Positions 62,514-64,000 of a DNA stretch of 64,000 nt are shown piece by piece. The translations under genes were made by a program, and so were the position numbers. Every line of letters starts with the position of its first letter. Positions within the stretch are counted from its first letter, which is position 1. The DNA is from an uncultured Burkholderiaceae bacterium (GTDB lineage: Bacteria > Pseudomonadota > Gammaproteobacteria > Burkholderiales > Burkholderiaceae_B): contig CALBEY010000109.1 in NCBI GenBank assembly GCA_937888805.1, positions 8,749 through 72,748 on the forward strand, read 5' to 3'. The notes beneath the pieces are model-generated. The model did no database searches. It was not told the DNA's origin and was given only the letters and a program-made list of their open reading frames with translations.

Positions 62514-63449
62514 ATGTCTTCACAAGTTTTGATATGCGGCTCAGTGGCGTTTGACACAATTGCGGTCTTCGAAGGGCGATTTAAAGAGCACATCTTGCCA
62601 GATCGTATTCATGCGCTGAGCGTGTCTTTCTTGGTGCCGACTATGCGTAAAGAGTTTGGTGGCTGCGCAGGCAATATAGCTTACAACCTAAAGCTGTTGG
62701 GCGGCCAACCTGTGCCAGTTGCCACTGTTGGTCAAGATGCTGGTGATTATCTTGAGCGCTTCAAACGCCTTGGGATTCCTACTGAACACATCCGCCTGAT
62801 ACCCGATATGTTTACGGCGCAATGCTTTATCACAACGGACCTTGATGACAATCAGATCACGGCGTTTCATCCTGGTGCCATGGATCGGTCTGCCGATAAT
62901 GATGCCACATCACAAGGTGCTGCTTGGGCCATTGTCGCGCCCGATTCAAAGGCTGGCATGTTGGCACATGTTGACCGTTTGTCGAAGGCTGGCATTCCAT
63001 TTATCTTTGATTTGGGTCAGGCGATGCCATTGTTTGACGGCCCCGATTTATTGTCAGTCTTTGGTAAAGCGCGAGCATTGGCTTTTAATGACTACGAAGC
63101 CAGCGTGGTTGAAGAGCGCACGGGACGTACACCACAAAGTCTGGCCGAGGATCTCGATGCGGTGGTGGTGACCCGCGGTGCTGAAGGTGCCACCCTCTAC
63201 TTGGCTGGCCAAGCCATTGACATTGCGCCGATCAATCCCACCGCTGTGGTTGATCCGACAGGCTGTGGTGATGCCCATCGGGCTGGTCTTTTACATGGCT
63301 TGACCCAAGGCTGGTCATGGGAAAAGGCGTGCATGCTGGGCAATGTGATGGGTTCCCTAAAGATTGCTTCTCGTGGCCCACAGAATCACAACCCATCATT
63401 GGCTGAAATTGGCACACTCATGCGAAGCACTTACGGCGTCACGTTGTAA
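62514..63449 (+). CDS. PfkB-family carbohydrate/nucleoside kinase
   Basis: GGCAGNIAY, VDPTGCGDAHRAG anion-hole motif. Confidence 0.92.
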   Translation: MSSQVLICGSVAFDTIAVFEGRFKEHILPDRIHALSVSFLVPTMRKEFGGCAGNIAYNLKLLGGQPVPVATVGQDAGDYLERFKRLGIPTEHIRLIPDMFTAQCFITTDLDDNQITAFHPGAMDRSADNDATSQGAAWAIVAPDSKAGMLAHVDRLSKAGIPFIFDLGQAMPLFDGPDLLSVFGKARALAFNDYEASVVEERTGRTPQSLAEDLDAVVVTRGAEGATLYLAGQAIDIAPINPTAVVDPTGCGDAHRAGLLHGLTQGWSWEKACMLGNVMGSLKIASRGPQNHNPSLAEIGTLMRSTYGVTL

Positions 63450-63482
63450 GATAGATTAAAACCCTTTTCATTGATTGGACCA

Positions 63483-64000
63483 ATGACCATGAACAAATCT
63501 TCAACAGGCGTACTCAAGTTGGGTGCCCGTCAAAATGCGATTTCTGGTGTGTTGGTATTGTTAGCCATCGGCTTATCTGGATGCAGCACGCCAAGCGCGT
63601 CTTCCAAGGTCTATACCTACAGCCAAGCCCAGTCTGAACAGATTGTTCGCAACGGCACGGTCACCAATGTGCGTTCGATCGTGATTCAACAAGACAAGAC
63701 ATCGGGTGCTGGTATGGTCGCAGGTGGTGCCTTGGGCGGTGTGGCGGGCAGTGCTGTGGGTGGTGGCGTTGGACGAGATTTGGCCATTGTTGGCGGTGCC
63801 ATCTTAGGTGCACTCGTGGGTAATAAGGTCGAGGAAGGCGTGGGCAAAAGTGACGGACTAGAAATCACCGTCCGATTAGATAATGGTGAAACCCGCGTCA
63901 TTGCCCAAGAGGCGGATGAGCCAATAACAGTCGGTCAGCGTGTGCAATTGATTAGCGGGACCGGTGTGACGCGCGTCGCGCCTATGTCCGGGGCTCGTTA
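63483..64000 (+). CDS. Glycine-zipper 2TM outer-membrane lipoprotein (SlyB/Pcp-like); stop codon cut by the window edge
   Basis: Read by eye, absent from the ORF track: ATG 63483/63489, lipobox LSGC, GGALGGVAGSAVGGG, LEITVRLDNGE; frame ends ...CGT TA at 64000. Confidence 0.88.
   Translation, partial: MTMNKSSTGVLKLGARQNAISGVLVLLAIGLSGCSTPSASSKVYTYSQAQSEQIVRNGTVTNVRSIVIQQDKTSGAGMVAGGALGGVAGSAVGGGVGRDLAIVGGAILGALVGNKVEEGVGKSDGLEITVRLDNGETRVIAQEADEPITVGQRVQLISGTGVTRVAPMSGAR

Overview
A 64-kb chromosomal segment of a betaproteobacterium, most likely Burkholderiales/Alcaligenaceae-like. This is inferred from gene content and order, not from a search. About 80% is core housekeeping genes: gatCAB, mreBCD-mrdA-rodA, mutY, ftsEX, an aapJQMP-type amino-acid ABC transporter, scpA-panC, prepilin peptidase-coaE-zapD, Nudix/ATPase/argJ/hemL/thiE, rubredoxin-yqgEF-pyrR-pyrB-pyrC', apaH, lptG, aroE, RNase II, mpl, aroQ-accBC-prmA and a slyB-like gene. 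The first 15.8 kb is accessory. It holds a rubrerythrin/Fe-S oxidoreductase/DUF3501 operon, a ROK kinase, a PQQ-type sugar dehydrogenase, a short-chain chromate transporter pair, and a GntR(HutC)-controlled CoA-dependent catabolic cluster at 3.8-13.1 kb. That cluster encodes a family III CoA-transferase, crotonase, HMG-CoA-lyase-type enzyme, acyl-CoA dehydrogenase, MmgE/PrpD protein, acyl-CoA ligase and Fe-alcohol dehydrogenase, and is the best candidate for an undescribed pathway. It has a visible operator palindrome, a ligase that appears to lack a canonical start codon, and a 14-bp tandem repeat over the ADH ribosome-binding region. I found no tRNA/rRNA, CRISPR array, transposase, integrase or phage gene. 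All product calls come from motif recognition by eye; no database search was run.
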